DNA from: Macrostomum hystrix
Taxonomy: Eukaryota > Animalia > Platyhelminthes
Direction: 5' to 3'
DNA length: 64,000 nt
NCBI GenBank assembly: GCA_950097015.1
Contig: CATNEN010000036.1
Coordinates: 59,547 to 123,546, forward strand
Made by a program: the position numbers and the translations under genes. Positions 61,948-64,000 of this stretch are shown piece by piece. Numbering within the stretch: the first letter of the stretch is position 1; every line of letters begins with the position of its first letter. The notes beneath the pieces are model-generated. The model saw only the letters and a list, made by a program, of their open reading frames with translations. It was not told the origin of the DNA and made no database searches.

Positions 61948-62600
61948 CTGCTTTAGTTCCTCGGCAGCCAACTCGTCTCTTAGCCTCTGACGGTATGCCG
62001 CATGTGCACTGGCACACATGTTCCGCAGCACCGGAGTGACGGGCAAAGTCGCAGCAGTCCACTCGGGCACGATCGACTGATGGTAAGAGCTTTGACCGTG
62101 AACGGCGCTAAGCTCTGCCGCTTCTTCGTGATGGTGTCTCTCAGCTGACTGAACACCCGCTCAACTTCCGCGGTTCCCATGGGGCAAAACAAGTAGTGCT
62201 CGTACTAATCTCATCAGCAGAGGACGATTTCCAGCGTTTAAAATGGACTCCCAGAAGCTGACGACGTCGTCGGTCGGGGTAGAGGTAGACACATCCTGGT
62301 GAAGACGCACCTCCACCTCCACGCTGCCGATATAAACTATTCAGTACCAATAAATTCAGACATGCACATGTGAATATGAAGGTAAAAAAGTTAGGGAGGT
62401 ACAGAACATCATGAAATTTAATTTTAAATGGGTGCCTGGAGTTAAAAGCTTCTTAAGGAAAAAATAGCGCAAAAATGGGGGAATATTTTTCACATTTTCG
62501 CGCCATTAGCCATTCGCATTTTTCGCGCCATGGTCACAGAATTCGCATATTCGCGCCATTTCCGCGCAGGCGCGAATTCGCGCCACCGCCACGACCACTG
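61948..62600 (-). mobile_element. Internally deleted, 3'-truncated hAT element
   Basis: Terminus CAGTGGTCGTGGCGGTGGCGCGAA at 62600; four subterminal TTCGCGCCA repeats (62497, 62522, 62550, 62577). Frameshifted transposase C-terminus SFWESILNAGNRPLLMRLVRALLVLPHG/TAEVERVFSQLRDTITKKRQSL (hAT dimerisation motif). Confidence 0.8.
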
Positions 62601-64000
62601 CCCCCAACACCCCGGTTTAACCTCCAACCAAGCTACGCTCGGTCGGACCAAAAAAAGTTTCATAAAGAATTCAATGTTTCTGTGGTCTTCGGCAAGTGAA
62701 ATACTCGGATTGAGGCCAACGAAGCCAATTAAGTCGATTGTTACTTACTTGCTTACCTAACCTTTAATTTAATTACCCACCTTAGTAACTCTTCCTAATT
62801 ACCAGTGGGGTAAATCAGTAAAAATGGATATTGAAGTCTTTGTTGTCTGTGCACCGAAAGTTGGGCCGCTGCCCCAACATTTTTCCGAAAAATAGGCTTT
62901 CATTTAAACGAGGACATTTTATTTTTGAAAGGCATACTGCGTAATAAGCAAAATTAAAAAATAGACAAGACACTGTATGCATCACATCAGCATGGCCGAG
63001 CACCTGACCAAATAGAATTTCGCAATCAAGAATTTAAAATCTTCAAATTTGACGAAATGAGCAGCGGATCAAAATCGAGTACAGCGTTGATTTCAGACAA
63101 AACACCATAGACAAAATAAAGTGACACAAGACTTAAAGTACTCTCCGTTGATACAGAGTTATTACGTCCTTTACAGAGATAAGGACGTAATAAAAACAAC
63201 TAAACGGGAACTAGATGTACTGAAATCTAAGCAATACAGTCAGTATCAGAATTGATAGAAATTCAGAATAAAAAAGACTGCTGTTAAGTCAAGCTTGGCA
63301 TTGAATATAACAAGAGATCTGCGCAGCCACTGAAACCTTGGGAGCTGAGATAAAGGATAAGATCTAAATCAACTGTACACGATTTCGGTCGTAACATTAA
63401 AAGATCAGAAGAAGCAATTATACTGGCTGTCACATTCAGGGAGTGGGTAATACGAGCATAGATGAGAATCGGGACCTGAATATATTTTGACCATACTAAA
63501 AATGAAAATCTTGCTGGCATGATGCTAAAGTTAAATCGCAATAAAACGCATGAAGCTAAGAAAAGTGACACACGCTGTCCAAATCTATACTGACGAAAGA
63601 TAGGAAGGAAGAGCAGCAGTTAACACAGCTTATTTCGGGACTACGAATAGGATTTGATTGGGATCCGAATTAAAATCAAAACTAATTAGGGATAGCAAAA
63701 GAGAGCTGCTCTTGCACGATTAATTTGCTAATCAAAACGATGACGTGCTGTTCTGTAATGCCAGTTCGTAGCATATACTAGAGGGGCCTCTAGAGACGCT
63801 ATTTCCGCACACATACCTTTTAAATAAAGGTAGGTATCAAAAGTTGCTTTACAACATTGCTAGCCTGAGTGGAGAACTCCTGAATCTATTAAGCTGGGTT
63901 CGATAAAAAACTTTGATTGCTTTTTATTAAACGTTTGCTTTTGCCTTCCGAGATGAGATAAGTTAAAACTTTCGACTAAAGTGAGTGCATTCTTTAGCGT

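Noticed and set aside
62815-63571. Candidate upstream cadherin exons (ORFs 62815-63003 and 63284-63571)
   Set aside because: No DRE, DxNDN or DxD motifs, and no splice pair in the phase required to join 61947.

Overview
Eukaryotic (invertebrate animal) genomic DNA with spliceosomal introns. Minisatellite-filled introns and GC-rich exons resemble a free-living flatworm such as Macrostomum (inference). No prokaryotic operon, CRISPR array or rRNA is present. Plus-strand spliced genes, reconstructed with consistent intron phases: ladybird/Lbx homeobox (13.6-16.8 kb), CFAP144/FAM183 (21.5-24.0), POLA2 (28.6-30.4), ATG13 (32.5-34.4), QNG1/C9orf64 (36.4-41.3), profilin-4-like (43.2-43.6) and an EndoU-like gene with an in-frame stop (46.2-48.2). 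An intronless tandem DUF1330-like gene (49.0-49.6) and a frameshifted membrane-protein gene (53.4-53.9) are also on the plus strand. Minus strand: a frameshifted CK1-like pseudokinase, a class A GPCR with one frameshift, and the 3' part of a cadherin. Repeats: more than 15 distinct micro/minisatellites, two tRNA-derived SINE families, a solo LTR, hAT remnants and a degenerate tRNA-His. The most unusual observations are (1) two consecutive 6-nt micro-exons next to a double furin-type site inside a cadherin repeat, (2) a 754-bp transposon with an 8-bp TSD and P-like ends that carries a Tc1/IS630-type HTH ORF, (3) a bacterial-type DUF1330 gene behind a near-perfect RFX X-box, (4) a cadherin exon abutting a truncated hAT element, and (5) introns each filled by their own private minisatellite. 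All family calls are from motif recognition by eye, not database searches.
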